Assembly (NCBI GenBank): GCA_963695345.1
Contig: OY968769.1
Coordinates: 2,176,001-2,240,000 of the forward strand
Reading direction: 5' to 3'
Source: an uncultured Methanomassiliicoccales archaeon
Lineage (GTDB): Archaea; Thermoplasmatota; Thermoplasmata; Methanomassiliicoccales; UBA472
DNA length: 64,000 nucleotides
Part shown: in pieces, positions 23,213 to 34,364 of the stretch
How positions within the stretch are numbered: the first letter of the stretch is position 1
Layout of the letters: each line of letters starts with the position of its first letter
Program-made: the position numbers and the translations under genes
The notes under the pieces: generated by a model
Database searches by the model: none
What the model was told of the DNA's origin: nothing
Seen by the model: only the letters and a program-made list of their open reading frames with translations

Positions 23213-23986
23213 TCATTTCTTCGCGAACCTCTTCAGCCTTTGACCCGCGGAAACGGCCGTCAGATAGAGGGACTTGCTGGCATTGTACGATTTGGAATAG
23301 GTCTTCGAATAGCTGTACTTGTCACACAGCGTGCCGCCGAAGCTGGCCTTGAACTGGTTGATCCCCGCCAGCTCCTCTCCCAGCTGACCGGTGGCGTATC
23401 CTCCGAAATCGTACTCCTGGAGCCCCTCGGCCTTGAAATGCTTGATCATCTCCCAGATCGAAAGCTTGTTACCGCGACCGTAGATGGTCCGGGACAGAAT
23501 GTTGTCTTTGTCAACCTTGCTCGCCGAGAGCAATTGCCGGATCCTCTTGTCATCCTTAACGCAAAGATGTCCGCCCAGGACCTCTCCGTTATATTCATAG
23601 GTGGATAGGAAATAATTGTTCTTCTCCATCTCGTTGGGGGTGATCATTGACGGAGGCAACCCCCGGCCGGCACGGAACTCCCGGTTTATTTCCTCGAACT
23701 CGGGGAACTTCTCATTGAACCTGACCTTGATGCAAGGGTCCTCCTCTGCCTTTGTGATGTGGTTCCTGCACGCCCTCTTGTCCATTGATGCCCAGATATC
23801 CTCCAGGCTCCTGTTGAGGTCCAAGGTCAATGTTTTCGACACCTCAACGGTGAATCCGGGCTTCTCTCCGTTAAAATTGGAATTCTTGAATTGAACCGCG
23901 TCCACTCCTTCAACATCATAAATCTCTTCGCTGAACCAGATCTCGCTCACTACGAATGGTCCCATTTTTCTGCGGAATTCAATCAT
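23213..23986 (-). CDS. FemAB/GNAT-fold glycan-modifying protein
   Basis: LDLxxSLEDIW, RNHITKA, YDFGG and INQFKASFGG. Confidence 0.75.
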   Translation of the reverse strand: MIEFRRKMGPFVVSEIWFSEEIYDVEGVDAVQFKNSNFNGEKPGFTVEVSKTLTLDLNRSLEDIWASMDKRACRNHITKAEEDPCIKVRFNEKFPEFEEINREFRAGRGLPPSMITPNEMEKNNYFLSTYEYNGEVLGGHLCVKDDKRIRQLLSASKVDKDNILSRTIYGRGNKLSIWEMIKHFKAEGLQEYDFGGYATGQLGEELAGINQFKASFGGTLCDKYSYSKTYSKSYNASKSLYLTAVSAGQRLKRFAKK

Positions 23987-24368
23987 GAATATCGACCAGT
24001 CGACTCCTGATAATTTGCCTATTCCCCGCCTAGTTTATATTGGTTGTTGAATCAATGGCCGATTCTGATATCCTATTCGCGGCCCAGATCCAGTCGAAAG
24101 AACGCATCCTGGTCGGTATGTCTTTTAGGTCATTCCATTCGCTCCCAATTATGTTCAAATCATGAACAGGAGGGGCGCAGAACATACGACGGGAGAAAGG
24201 GCATGGGACTTAGCCAAAGGAACGATCCTTCCCTTCGCAGAGCGCTCCTTGGACGCCCATCCAAACATCATGCAGCTCGGTCCCTGTAGGCTGAATACAA
24301 TATAGCAATAACAGATAAATAGTTCAAAATATAGGCAGCGAATTAATCTGATATTACCGGATTTTACC

Positions 24369-25442
24369 ATGCGCGTCGCCTTGATCACGTTCAACATAAC
24401 CGGTGGGCTGAATCATTACATCTCTTGCTTGGCCAACGAATTGGCTCCGATATGTGAGCTCCGTCTGTTCGTTCCAAAAGGGTTCAGCCGGAGCTGGATC
24501 GACAAGGTGGATATCTGCGAGATGCCGATCCCATGCAGCAAGGACGAATTCGCCAAGATGGCCTTTCATCCTCAGCTATTCCTGAAAATGTTCGATGCGG
24601 TCCGCGATTTCAAGCCCGACATCATTCATATCAACGAAAGAAACCTCGGGTTCTTCCCAGTGCTGGCGTTCCTTGATACCAGGAAGGTGGTCCTCACCAT
24701 TCATGATCCGGTCGCCCATATCGGTTCCGGCTCCTGGTATTCCGGATTGGAGACCAAGGCCTTCCTTCGCAAGTCCCCGAACATCATCGTTCACGGCGAG
24801 AAGTTCAGAGGACACTACCCCACCAAGCGGGTGTTCGTGATCCCCCATGGGGAATACGGGCGTTTCAATACCACATCCAGCGAGGTGATCGAGGAAGATG
24901 ACACCGTGCTCTTCTTCGGCAGGATCAACAAGTACAAGGGGATCGACATCCTGGTCCAGGCGATGAAGGATGTATGGAAGAAACGACCGCAGACAAAACT
25001 GATCATCGCCGGAGAAGGCGATTTGAAGGCCCTCGGGGTCGACGTCGATGGAATGTCTGGGGTCGAAGTGATCAATAACTACATCCCCAACGAAGAGGTC
25101 TCGAAACTGTTCCAAAGGGCATCCATCGTGGTCCTGCCTTACATCGAAGGTTCGCAGAGCGGGGTGCTGGCCACGGCATTGGCCCTGGGAAAGCCAACCA
25201 TCGCCACCAGGGTGGGTTGTTTCGAGGAGACGTTGGAGAACGGAAAGAACGGTATATTGGTCGAACCCGGGAAACCCGAGGGATTGCGGGACGCGATGCT
25301 CGAGCTACTGGAGAACAACGAAGAAAGGAAAGACCTTGGGAAAAGGGCCAAGGAGTATTCCGACCAGTACCTGCAATGGGCTCCCATCGCCAAGAAGACC
25401 TTAGACTCCTATAGCATCGTAATCAACGAAAAGCGCGAATGA
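24369..25442 (+). CDS. Glycosyltransferase family 4
   Basis: HDP, IPHG, FFGRINKYKG and LPYIEGSQSGV. Confidence 0.92.
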   Translation: MRVALITFNITGGLNHYISCLANELAPICELRLFVPKGFSRSWIDKVDICEMPIPCSKDEFAKMAFHPQLFLKMFDAVRDFKPDIIHINERNLGFFPVLAFLDTRKVVLTIHDPVAHIGSGSWYSGLETKAFLRKSPNIIVHGEKFRGHYPTKRVFVIPHGEYGRFNTTSSEVIEEDDTVLFFGRINKYKGIDILVQAMKDVWKKRPQTKLIIAGEGDLKALGVDVDGMSGVEVINNYIPNEEVSKLFQRASIVVLPYIEGSQSGVLATALALGKPTIATRVGCFEETLENGKNGILVEPGKPEGLRDAMLELLENNEERKDLGKRAKEYSDQYLQWAPIAKKTLDSYSIVINEKRE

Positions 25443-25469
25443 GGTCGGCGTCGATCTCCATTCCTGATC

Positions 25470-26045
25470 CTATTGCTTCGCCCTAGCCTTGGCCGGATCA
25501 AAACCTTTGACCCGGTCCGACCTTGAGTTGGTCTCCTTTATGACCCGGGCCGGGACTCCGGCGATCGTTACGCCTTCCTTGATGAACTCACCGTGCACTA
25601 CGGCATTGGCGCCGATCGCTATGTCGTTCCCGACGACCGCATTTTCCAGAATTTTTACACCAGGCCCGATGTACACGTCGTTGCCGATCTTTGCTCCAGC
25701 GGCGATGTTGATACCGTTGTGCAACCTGCAGTTGTTCCCTATCCGGGCGGACGCGTTGATGAAGATGCCTGACCCATGAACGATGGACAGGCCGGGTCCG
25801 ACGGTGTTGAGGGGAATGCCCACGGCTATCTTCCGAGAGATCAGGATAAGCATGTACTTGTGGTAGATGGCGAGCATTCTTGAGATTGGGCTGCGACCGT
25901 TGTTGACGTGGTACTCGGTCTTCCTCAGTCTCTTGATGAGCTTCCACTCGAGCGGCACCGGGAACGGTATCCTGTTGTCCGTGTACTCCATCGAGATTCT
26001 GTCGGAGGCGAGGTACAGTGCAAGATCTTCCCTTGACCGGATCAT
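25470..26045 (-). CDS. Serine-acetyltransferase-like hexapeptide O-acetyltransferase
   Basis: GPGLSIVH, IGNNC, IGNDVYIGPG, IGANAVV and AGVPARVI. Confidence 0.88.
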   Translation of the reverse strand: MIRSREDLALYLASDRISMEYTDNRIPFPVPLEWKLIKRLRKTEYHVNNGRSPISRMLAIYHKYMLILISRKIAVGIPLNTVGPGLSIVHGSGIFINASARIGNNCRLHNGINIAAGAKIGNDVYIGPGVKILENAVVGNDIAIGANAVVHGEFIKEGVTIAGVPARVIKETNSRSDRVKGFDPAKARAKQ

Positions 26046-26395
26046 CGGTGAAGAATGACGACGGTTTATAAACTATTTTGTCATTCTAGTTTCTCGAGAC
26101 ATAGCTGGAACCGATCTCGCTTGGCCCATTAAGGTCGGTCCGGGGCCAATCTTTGCTATGTTGAAAGAATCAAAGATGGGTGATCAAGGCCGCAAAGCGG
26201 GACCTGCCAGCAGTCAATGGTGGCTCGGGACCGTGGCTATCGACGACCAAAATCGAACCATCTCGGACCGGAACGACCGTCGGGCCAGTTGCCCGGTTTT
26301 CAACGATTCTCATGTTAGAGATTGTTAATGTCTTGATACCAAAAAATGATTTCAATTCACATTTAATAAATATCACCAACCAATAGTCTAGGGGG

Positions 26396-27577
26396 ATGAA
26401 GGTCCTCCGAGTAGCAGCCGACATCTATCCCGACACTCCAGGAGGGTTGGGCGTCCATGTACATGAGATGTCCAAGCACCAGGCCAAGATGGGTTGCGAT
26501 GTGACCGTTGTCACCTCCATGACGCCATCGAACAAACGAAGGTTCGAAGAGCGTGATGGCTACAAGATCGTACGGCTGCCTGCACCGGTCAGGATCCTAG
26601 GCAATTCCTTCCAGATAGGTCTGGCCACCTATCTTCTCCAGAACCGTAACAAATTCGACGTCATCCATGCACATTCTCACCTGTTCTATTCCACCAACGT
26701 AACCGCCTTGCTCCGCCGGCTCGGCGGCCCTCCCATGGTCATCACGAACCACGGAGTGTTTTCCACCAGTGCATCCAGGACGCTGCAGGACCTCTATTTT
26801 CCAGTGGCCGGCAGCCCTACCTTAAGGACGGCCGATGTGGTCCTCTGCTATACCGATGCCGATAGGCAGACGATAATGAATTTGGGGGTGGCGTCAGGGC
26901 GCATCAGAGTGGTCCACAACGGGATCGATTCATCCCTGTTCTCCCCCGGTCCAGTGAAGCCGGAGGTGCCCCAGGTGATCTGGATGGGCCGAATGGTAAA
27001 GGGAAAGGGGCTCGAATATCTGATCGCCGCGCTGAGCATCCTCAAGGAAAAAGGGATCCTGTTCAAGGGCGTCCTGATCGGGAAGGGTCCGGACCAGGAG
27101 AGGGTGGGGCAGCTCCTTCAAGCCAGCCAGCTCACTGACCGGGTCCGCATCATCCCGGTCGTGGACCAGGAGACCGCCGTCCGGCTCTATCAGGAATCGA
27201 CGGTGTTCGCACTCCCTTCATCGTCGGAGGGCATGCCCCGCACCCTGCTCGAGTCAATGGGCTGCGGAACGCCGTTCGTTTGCACGAACCTGCCCCAGCT
27301 GGTCGACCTGGCCGTCGGATGCGGTATGACGGTTGGATTTGGTGACGTTGAAGCCATCGCAGCCGGTCTGGAGGTTTACCTCACCGATAAGGAGAAGGCC
27401 GAGGAACACGGAAGATGCGGCCGGCAGAAGGTGCTCGACCACTATTCCTGGAAGGAAACGGTGGCCCGCACCATCGATGTCTATCGCGAACTGGTGGAGG
27501 GCGCCGATCGACATTTCAACAGCATGTCGCTGATGCCTACCATCGAGGACACGGTCGCCCGGCGCATCAGTAAATGA
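26396..27577 (+). CDS. Glycosyltransferase family 4
   Basis: YPxxxGG, VIHAHS, HNGID, GRxxxxKG and EGMPRTLLE. Confidence 0.93.
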   Translation: MKVLRVAADIYPDTPGGLGVHVHEMSKHQAKMGCDVTVVTSMTPSNKRRFEERDGYKIVRLPAPVRILGNSFQIGLATYLLQNRNKFDVIHAHSHLFYSTNVTALLRRLGGPPMVITNHGVFSTSASRTLQDLYFPVAGSPTLRTADVVLCYTDADRQTIMNLGVASGRIRVVHNGIDSSLFSPGPVKPEVPQVIWMGRMVKGKGLEYLIAALSILKEKGILFKGVLIGKGPDQERVGQLLQASQLTDRVRIIPVVDQETAVRLYQESTVFALPSSSEGMPRTLLESMGCGTPFVCTNLPQLVDLAVGCGMTVGFGDVEAIAAGLEVYLTDKEKAEEHGRCGRQKVLDHYSWKETVARTIDVYRELVEGADRHFNSMSLMPTIEDTVARRISK

Positions 27578-27662
27578 CATTGCTGGACCGGGGCACTCCA
27601 ATACATATGCGAGCAATGGAAACAATTGTGTTAAAAACACAGCTCAACATCCTGATGATATC

Positions 27663-28736
27663 ATGCGGCTGCTAATCGTCACCTCAGAGTACGTTAACCT
27701 CAGCGCGGACCATAAGCGCGGTTCGGGGATCGCCCGGGTGGTTTTCGAGGCGGCCGAGGAGCTGAAGAATAGAGGCGTGACGGTGGAAATATGTTCTCCG
27801 GAGGGGCCGGAGATATTCATTCCGACGACCGGCATCCCGGGACGGATGGGGCTGGTGTTCTTCTGGCAGAAGGCCTTGCATGAATTGCGGAAGGTGGACT
27901 CGGGATACGACGCCATCTGGCTTCACAACCCGATCCTCCTGAGGAACTATCCGCGGAAGAGGCCGATGATCGCCACGATCCACTCGACCTCCCTCGGGAA
28001 GACAAGACGGTTCCGTTCCCTGTTCTTCACCGGGTACGTCTTCGCCACATCCGTCCTGGAGGTATGGTCGAACCGGGCGTTCAGCCGTTCGGGCTTTCAG
28101 GTCACCTGCGTATCCGACAGCGTCTGCAACGAACTGATCAACATCCAGTGGCAAAGGAAGAGGATAATCAGGAACGGTTCGATCTTCCCAGTGGTCTTCA
28201 AGCCAGCTCAAGCCGACGGCCGTCGCCCGGGCGCCAATTTCCTCTACGTGGGGAGGCTGGACAAGATAAAGAACGTGAGGCGGATCATCCGGCTCTACCA
28301 GTCCATCAAGAAGGAGATAGACGGCTGCTCCCTGGTCATCATCGGGGACGGGCCGGAGTATGCGGCCTTGCTGTCCGAGAACAAGGACCCGTCCATCAGT
28401 TTCAAGGGCTTCCTGGAGCATGATGACATCCTGCCCTACTATGACGATTCTGATTTCTTCTTCATGGCGTCGATCTACGAAGGCTGTCCGCTCACCCTCC
28501 TCGACGCCGTGAACCGGGGGCTGAGATGCATCGTCCCCAACATTCCGTCCCTCGCGTTCATCGAGGAAATGGAGCTGGGCAAGTGCTACGACAACAGCGA
28601 TGACCGGCTGGCGTCTCAGCAGCTGGTAGAATTCATCAAGCAGAACTCCGGGAAGCCGAGAACGAACCGGGTCGATTTCACATGGAAACCGGCGATAGAC
28701 GGATACATGTCGCTGTTCGAGGGCAAGGAGAAATGA
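27663..28736 (+). CDS. Glycosyltransferase family 4
   Basis: YVGRLDKIKN, IGDGPE and YEGCPLTLLD. Confidence 0.9.
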   Translation: MRLLIVTSEYVNLSADHKRGSGIARVVFEAAEELKNRGVTVEICSPEGPEIFIPTTGIPGRMGLVFFWQKALHELRKVDSGYDAIWLHNPILLRNYPRKRPMIATIHSTSLGKTRRFRSLFFTGYVFATSVLEVWSNRAFSRSGFQVTCVSDSVCNELINIQWQRKRIIRNGSIFPVVFKPAQADGRRPGANFLYVGRLDKIKNVRRIIRLYQSIKKEIDGCSLVIIGDGPEYAALLSENKDPSISFKGFLEHDDILPYYDDSDFFFMASIYEGCPLTLLDAVNRGLRCIVPNIPSLAFIEEMELGKCYDNSDDRLASQQLVEFIKQNSGKPRTNRVDFTWKPAIDGYMSLFEGKEK

Positions 28737-28979
28737 TGCGTTTCCGTTCCGCGGGAAAAGAGCGTCAACGGCGTTCGCTGACCTAACCTCAAGTCCTTTC
28801 CTTCTGATCCCTCGGATGTCTCGTTCCGCCCGGCAGTGTTCTCATGGTAATATGGCCAGAAATGAGAAGTTAATCCCTGTTTACTAGCGAACATCCAGAT
28901 AGGGCACATTATTATTCAATATTACCGAGATATATTATCAAGGAAGTCTCTTTATGCTTGATTCAATATTCGAACACAA

Positions 28980-31016
28980 ATGCACTTTCGAAAATATTCG
29001 AGGCAGTATCTTATTGACGTAATATTATTCTTCATCTTCGTCATAGCCACACTGACCCAGGAATATTTTCACTTCCAGAATCCGTTCGTCTCCGCCTTCT
29101 CTGTCGTGTACGTCCTGATCTATCCAGCCAAGTTCCTGCTGGCCCTGGTGGACCTCAGGATGAGGTCGATGTCGCTGATGGCGATCATATGCGTGGCGAC
29201 CGCCATCGGTACCATCGAGTTCCTGGGCATGTCCATCTCCGTCGCCGGGAGCGCTTTGGGCATGGCGATATTCACCAAGGCATCGGTGCAGATCGTGATG
29301 ACGCTCTCGATCCTGTTCCTCATGGTGATCTCCCGGGACCTCAAGATACCGGCGATCAAGGTCGACGCGCCCCACTACCTGTACCTGTCGGTATTCCTGA
29401 TCGTCCTGGCCTGCCTGGGGTCGGTGCTGATGACGCAGTACCAGGAGAACATCGTCAACCTGGTGTTCTGGGTTCTGATCCTGATCGTCTCCATGGTCCT
29501 GATCTTGAAAAAAGACCTTACCACTCAAACAAAGCTGATGATGGTCTTTTCGATCTCGCTTTCCTGCCTCCTGAACTATGTGGTGATCGCGAATTTCATC
29601 ACCGGCTACGATATCTTCTATGAATATTCCGTCGCCAACACGACCATGGCCGAGGGTGTATGGAACATAGACTTCGGATCCAATGTCAACGCCATGCTCA
29701 GCATCACCGTTTTCGCTCCGGCGATGGCCTGGTTGGGCAACACCGACCTTCTGTGGATATTGAAGCTGGTCTTTCCGGCCATCTTCTCCCTGGTTCCGGT
29801 CGCGGTGTTCATATTCGCATCCAAAATGGGGAATGAGAAGGCCGGAGTCCTCGGTGCGTTGCTGTATATCCTCATCCAAGGGTTTCTCTTTGAGATGCCG
29901 TCCATCGCGCGTCAGGAGATCGGCGAGGTCTTCCTGATATCGATCTTCATGGTGGCGATGATGGATGAGTTCACTCCCTATCAGAAGGCCACGCTGGGTA
30001 CGATCTTCGGGTTCGGCCTCATCACCTCCCACTACGCCACCACATTGCTTTTCTTCGGGCTTACCGGCCTTTATTACATCATCCGACTGATGTTCCGGGC
30101 CAAGGACAAGCCATTCTTCACTGGATGGCACCTCCTTACCATCATCGTCATCGAAATGACGTGGCTTCTTTACGTCGGCAGCAAGGGCGTCATGGGGTCG
30201 ATATTCCAGGTCATAGACAGCGTCTATTCCGCGGTCTTCAACGAAATGTCGTTCACCAGCACCGTCGTGGCCGACAGGGTCAGCGCATCCGTATCCTTAC
30301 TGCATACGATCGGGAAGTACGGCTTCATTCTGACCATAGGGATCATCGCGCTCGGCGTCCTGGCGAGATTGTACCAGAGACGGAAGAATATGGATAACTA
30401 TACCGCACTGGCCACGGCATTCGGGGTATTGATGGTGGTATCGCTGACGGCCTCAAATTTCCTCGTACTCTTCGGTGACATAAGGATGATCAGCCTGCTG
30501 CTGATCGTTGCCGGGGCCATGTTCTATTTTGGCCTAAGCTGGTTCTTCAACCTGCCATTGCTAAGAACGCAGCGCAAAAGGATGATGTACGCCGCTGCGG
30601 CGATCGTGGCGATATACATGCTCTTCAATTCGGGACTGGCCTACTCGATCGCCAATGACGGTCCGATCTCGATCGCATTGAGCAACGATATCCTCTATCC
30701 CAAATTCTCCGACCCAGACCTGAAAACAGCCAGCTGGACGCAATCCCATCTCGTTACCGATCAGCAGATAGCCGGGGACCGTCTCGGAAGGGCGGTGGTC
30801 GGAGGGTACGGGTGGTTCAATGTGGACCGCGACAATAAGCTGATATCCCCGATCGATAAGGGCGAACTGATCTATCTGGGTACCCGGAACGTCGTCGAGA
30901 TGAAATACGCCGATCCATTGGGGGTGGACCACCCCATTTCCATCGACCAGATGTACACCCACCCGATCGTGTACTGCACCGAGGATTCCCGGGTCCAGTT
31001 CGTGTACTTACGTTGA
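28980..31016 (+). CDS. DUF2206-like polytopic membrane protein
   Basis: 678 aa with many TM segments, GYDIFYEY, NAMLSIT, ARQEIGE and SHY motifs, and a soluble C-terminal domain. Confidence 0.72.
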   Translation: MHFRKYSRQYLIDVILFFIFVIATLTQEYFHFQNPFVSAFSVVYVLIYPAKFLLALVDLRMRSMSLMAIICVATAIGTIEFLGMSISVAGSALGMAIFTKASVQIVMTLSILFLMVISRDLKIPAIKVDAPHYLYLSVFLIVLACLGSVLMTQYQENIVNLVFWVLILIVSMVLILKKDLTTQTKLMMVFSISLSCLLNYVVIANFITGYDIFYEYSVANTTMAEGVWNIDFGSNVNAMLSITVFAPAMAWLGNTDLLWILKLVFPAIFSLVPVAVFIFASKMGNEKAGVLGALLYILIQGFLFEMPSIARQEIGEVFLISIFMVAMMDEFTPYQKATLGTIFGFGLITSHYATTLLFFGLTGLYYIIRLMFRAKDKPFFTGWHLLTIIVIEMTWLLYVGSKGVMGSIFQVIDSVYSAVFNEMSFTSTVVADRVSASVSLLHTIGKYGFILTIGIIALGVLARLYQRRKNMDNYTALATAFGVLMVVSLTASNFLVLFGDIRMISLLLIVAGAMFYFGLSWFFNLPLLRTQRKRMMYAAAAIVAIYMLFNSGLAYSIANDGPISIALSNDILYPKFSDPDLKTASWTQSHLVTDQQIAGDRLGRAVVGGYGWFNVDRDNKLISPIDKGELIYLGTRNVVEMKYADPLGVDHPISIDQMYTHPIVYCTEDSRVQFVYLR

Positions 31017-31245
31017 TTGCGGAAGGGCATTTTTCTCGGTTGCTTTCCTTGAGCCCAAGAACATGCAGGGAAGAAATTGAATGCCGATCTCGCTTTTTTT
31101 ATACTCGTCTCAAAATGAATGAAGCTTATCTTGTTCCGTGCCAGTTGTCCAGTCCATAATATGTGATGGTCTGATCTGCAATGGCGGAATAAAAAATTAC
31201 CTCAACAATTTATATATAGAGATCTCCCATTTTCAGCCCTACCAA

Positions 31246-32235
31246 ATGAAAATGCTGGAGCGTAAAGATTGGGACCTATGGTCCGTCATGATCGGCTCGC
31301 TACTCCTGATAGGAGCGGTCCTGGCATTACCCGACTCATTGATTACCGTCATTGTCGGAATCCCATTCATTCTGTTCTTCCCCGGATATGCCATCCTGTC
31401 AGTGGTCTTTCCGTCGGCCAAACACCTGGCGACCGTTGAAAGGATGGTCATCTCCCTCGGTCTCAGCATCGCCATCGCCCCGGTGGTGGGGATAGGTCTC
31501 AATCTTTTTGAGATCGGAGCCGGGATGTCCCTTATCCTGCTGATCATTGCGCTGGTCTCGCTGGTGTTCGTCCTGGTCGGTCTATTCGTTCGGAACAGGA
31601 CAGAGGGGGCCTATCTTCCCGTCTCTCCCTCGCGGGCATGGAGCTGGGCGACGTCATCCTTAGGTCAGAAGGGGAGGGGCAAGAAGATCGTCAGCGGGGT
31701 CATGGTCGTGGCCATCATAGCCTCGGCAACTGCCCTGGTGGTTCTGGTGGCATACCCTCCCCAGAGCGAGAGCTTCACCGAGTTCTATATCCTCGGTCCC
31801 GACGGCAAATCGGCAGACTATCCCCATAAACTCCTGACGGGCCAGTCCGCCTCTGTCCAGGTCGGGATAGTCAACCACGAGCACCGCCAGGTGAACTACT
31901 CGCTGGAGATCTGGCTCTCCGGCGTGACCATTGTGAACAATCAGACCAGCGTCCAGTCCATGTACCTGTTCGAGGCCAGGAACATAACCCTGGAACATGT
32001 CCCGGTGAATGTGGTGGAAACCGGCATAAAGCAATACGAGTTCAACTATACGTTCCAGGTGCAGATCGCCGGGGATTACCGGCTCTTCTTCATTCTCTAC
32101 CTGGACGATGAACCGGTGCTTCCGGAAAATCCCATGGTCCCCTACCGCAATTACGTGGGCACGGAAGCCTTCCGAATAAACGATGCCCTGGCCAACGATG
32201 TGATGAGCCTGAACCTGATACTGAACGTCACTTGA
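31246..32235 (+). CDS. DUF1616-like membrane protein
   Basis: FFPGYA, ERxxxSxGLS, FTEFYILG, DYP and NHE motifs. TTTATATA about 30 nt upstream of ATG 31246. Confidence 0.82.
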   Translation: MKMLERKDWDLWSVMIGSLLLIGAVLALPDSLITVIVGIPFILFFPGYAILSVVFPSAKHLATVERMVISLGLSIAIAPVVGIGLNLFEIGAGMSLILLIIALVSLVFVLVGLFVRNRTEGAYLPVSPSRAWSWATSSLGQKGRGKKIVSGVMVVAIIASATALVVLVAYPPQSESFTEFYILGPDGKSADYPHKLLTGQSASVQVGIVNHEHRQVNYSLEIWLSGVTIVNNQTSVQSMYLFEARNITLEHVPVNVVETGIKQYEFNYTFQVQIAGDYRLFFILYLDDEPVLPENPMVPYRNYVGTEAFRINDALANDVMSLNLILNVT

Positions 32236-32456
32236 TCCGCACCAACGAGAAGGCATGGCAGGATGTCGATCCCTTGATGCGGTGTGGACGCCCTCCAATT
32301 CCCCATTCTTACGGTAATCATTGACCTGGATAGATAGTCCCATCGATCGGTTCAAACGGCGTCAAGATGAAATTAATGAAGGCCGAGCCCTCTTGATTGC
32401 AGGGCTTAACAAAACAAATAAGGGGATTGATAAGGTTTGTTGATCTTCCGGAAGGA

Positions 32457-32726
32457 TCAGTTCAACGGATGAACGATCTCGAGGATCTGGAACACCACGG
32501 TAGCCGCGAACACGATAAGAAGCGGAATGACCACAGCGTCCAATGTCGCCAGTATCCTCTTCGACCTCTTCGAGGAGGCGCTTATGAGCTCCCTTGACGA
32601 CAGAAGCATGACCAGGAGAATGGCGATTAGAGCACCGCCGACGCCCCCACTGAGGACTGCCGTCATCGAAATTGCGCTAGATGTTGCGCTCGATGCTAAC
32701 GTTGATGCTGCCATCACTAAGCTCAT
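32457..32726 (-). CDS. Small 2-TM membrane protein with Ser/Thr/Ala-rich N-terminus
   Basis: 89 aa: ASTLASSATSSAISMT, then a TM helix, RELxxxS with a basic loop, and a second TM helix VIPLLIVF. Confidence 0.75.
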   Translation of the reverse strand: MSLVMAASTLASSATSSAISMTAVLSGGVGGALIAILLVMLLSSRELISASSKRSKRILATLDAVVIPLLIVFAATVVFQILEIVHPLN

Positions 32727-32855
32727 AACATTCTATAATGAGGCAATTTGTTCTATTTAATCTTAACTCACTCTCTCCAAAAAACGTAGGTCGAGATGAT
32801 AGGAAAGATATCAGACAACAATTGCTTATATAGATTTTCGCTCATGGAGCCCTGA

Positions 32856-34364
32856 ATGATCGGTCGTAGAACCCTCTTAATCATCATATCAAACGTCGGC
32901 GCCGCGGCGCTTTCCTTCATCGGGCTATTGTTCATGACGAACTACCTGGGTAAGGATGTCTACGGCAACATCGCCTGGGTCCTGGCAACGACCGGTACGT
33001 TGAACATCGTGTCAGACCTCGGTTTCATGAGCGCCCACGTCAAAAGGGTGTCCGAGGGGCAGGACGAGAACGATTGTTTCTCCACGTATTTCGTGATCAA
33101 GTCATCCCTTACCGCCTTCATGGTGGTCTTCACCTTCGTGGCTCTGGTCGTTTGGACCGATATCAGCAACACCGCCATAACACCCGAGGCCTGGAACCTG
33201 GTCATCTTATTCCTCCTGTACTGGGTGATGTACGACCTGGCCCATGTCGTGGTGCAAACATACAACGGCAGGAGGGAGACGACCAAGGCTCAGATGATCC
33301 TGCTCACCGATCCCCTGATACGCGTTCCTTTCATCATCTTCATATCCATCAATCATGGTAGCACGTTCGAGCTGGCGTTCTCCTATGTCTTCGCGTCGTT
33401 CGCGGTCCTGCTGGTGGCTCTGTTCTTCATGAGAAGGGGCACCCTCCGCTGGAAGAAACCGACGCTGTTCCGTTCCTACATCAAGTTCGCCCTGCCGATC
33501 TCACTGATCTCCATCGCCGGGGCCATCACCGTCAACCTGGACAAGATACTGATCGGCGTCTTCGATTCGCCGGCTAACGTCGCCTTCTACTCCTCCTCGC
33601 AGACCATATTGGCCACGGTGGGCGTGATAGGCACGGCGGTGGCGACGCTGGCTTTCCCCTCGTTCTCCTACTTGCATAGTAAAGGGGACCTCGAGACCAT
33701 CAAGAAGACCACCTATGCGGCGGAACGGTACATCGCCATGATCGGGATCCCGATCGTGACCCTGGTCGTCCTGTTCCCTACTCAGATATGCGTTACGGTC
33801 TTCGGGGCGGACTTCCGCCCGGCCGGACAGACGATGCAGTTCCTCGGGTTCACGTTGGGAATGACGATGCTCAACCAGGTGTACACGTCCCAGATAATGG
33901 GCGTCAACCGGCCGGACATCACCGCCAAGATCATTCTGGGAACGTTCTTTTTGAACCTCGGCCTGATGCTGGTGTTCATTCCGCACGACCTGTTCGGGTT
34001 CCATATGCTCGGCCTGTCGTACGCGGGGGCGGCGATGGCCAACGTGATCACCGCGACGACGGTGTTCCTGACGGTGCGCATGGTGGTGAAGAGACTGACC
34101 GGTACCGGTACCGAGCGGAGGATGTGGAAGCATCTGGCGGCAGCGGCGTCGGCTGGAGCGGTGCTCGTATTGCTGAATACGATCTATCCCCTCGGAGGGT
34201 TCATTTCCCTGGCGATCTTCTTCCTGGTCCTGGAGGCGATCTTCTTCGGAATGCTGGTAGCGCTCAAGGAATTCACCATCTGGGACCTAAGGCAGATTCT
34301 GGACCTCATCAATCCCGCCAAGATGCTGAAGTATATGGGAGAAGAGATGAACAACAAGAAATGA
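32856..34364 (+). CDS. Wzx-like oligosaccharide flippase
   Basis: 502-aa polytopic protein with DLG, NLDKILIG and FPSFS. Colinear paralogue of 3847-5356. Confidence 0.9.
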   Translation: MIGRRTLLIIISNVGAAALSFIGLLFMTNYLGKDVYGNIAWVLATTGTLNIVSDLGFMSAHVKRVSEGQDENDCFSTYFVIKSSLTAFMVVFTFVALVVWTDISNTAITPEAWNLVILFLLYWVMYDLAHVVVQTYNGRRETTKAQMILLTDPLIRVPFIIFISINHGSTFELAFSYVFASFAVLLVALFFMRRGTLRWKKPTLFRSYIKFALPISLISIAGAITVNLDKILIGVFDSPANVAFYSSSQTILATVGVIGTAVATLAFPSFSYLHSKGDLETIKKTTYAAERYIAMIGIPIVTLVVLFPTQICVTVFGADFRPAGQTMQFLGFTLGMTMLNQVYTSQIMGVNRPDITAKIILGTFFLNLGLMLVFIPHDLFGFHMLGLSYAGAAMANVITATTVFLTVRMVVKRLTGTGTERRMWKHLAAAASAGAVLVLLNTIYPLGGFISLAIFFLVLEAIFFGMLVALKEFTIWDLRQILDLINPAKMLKYMGEEMNNKK

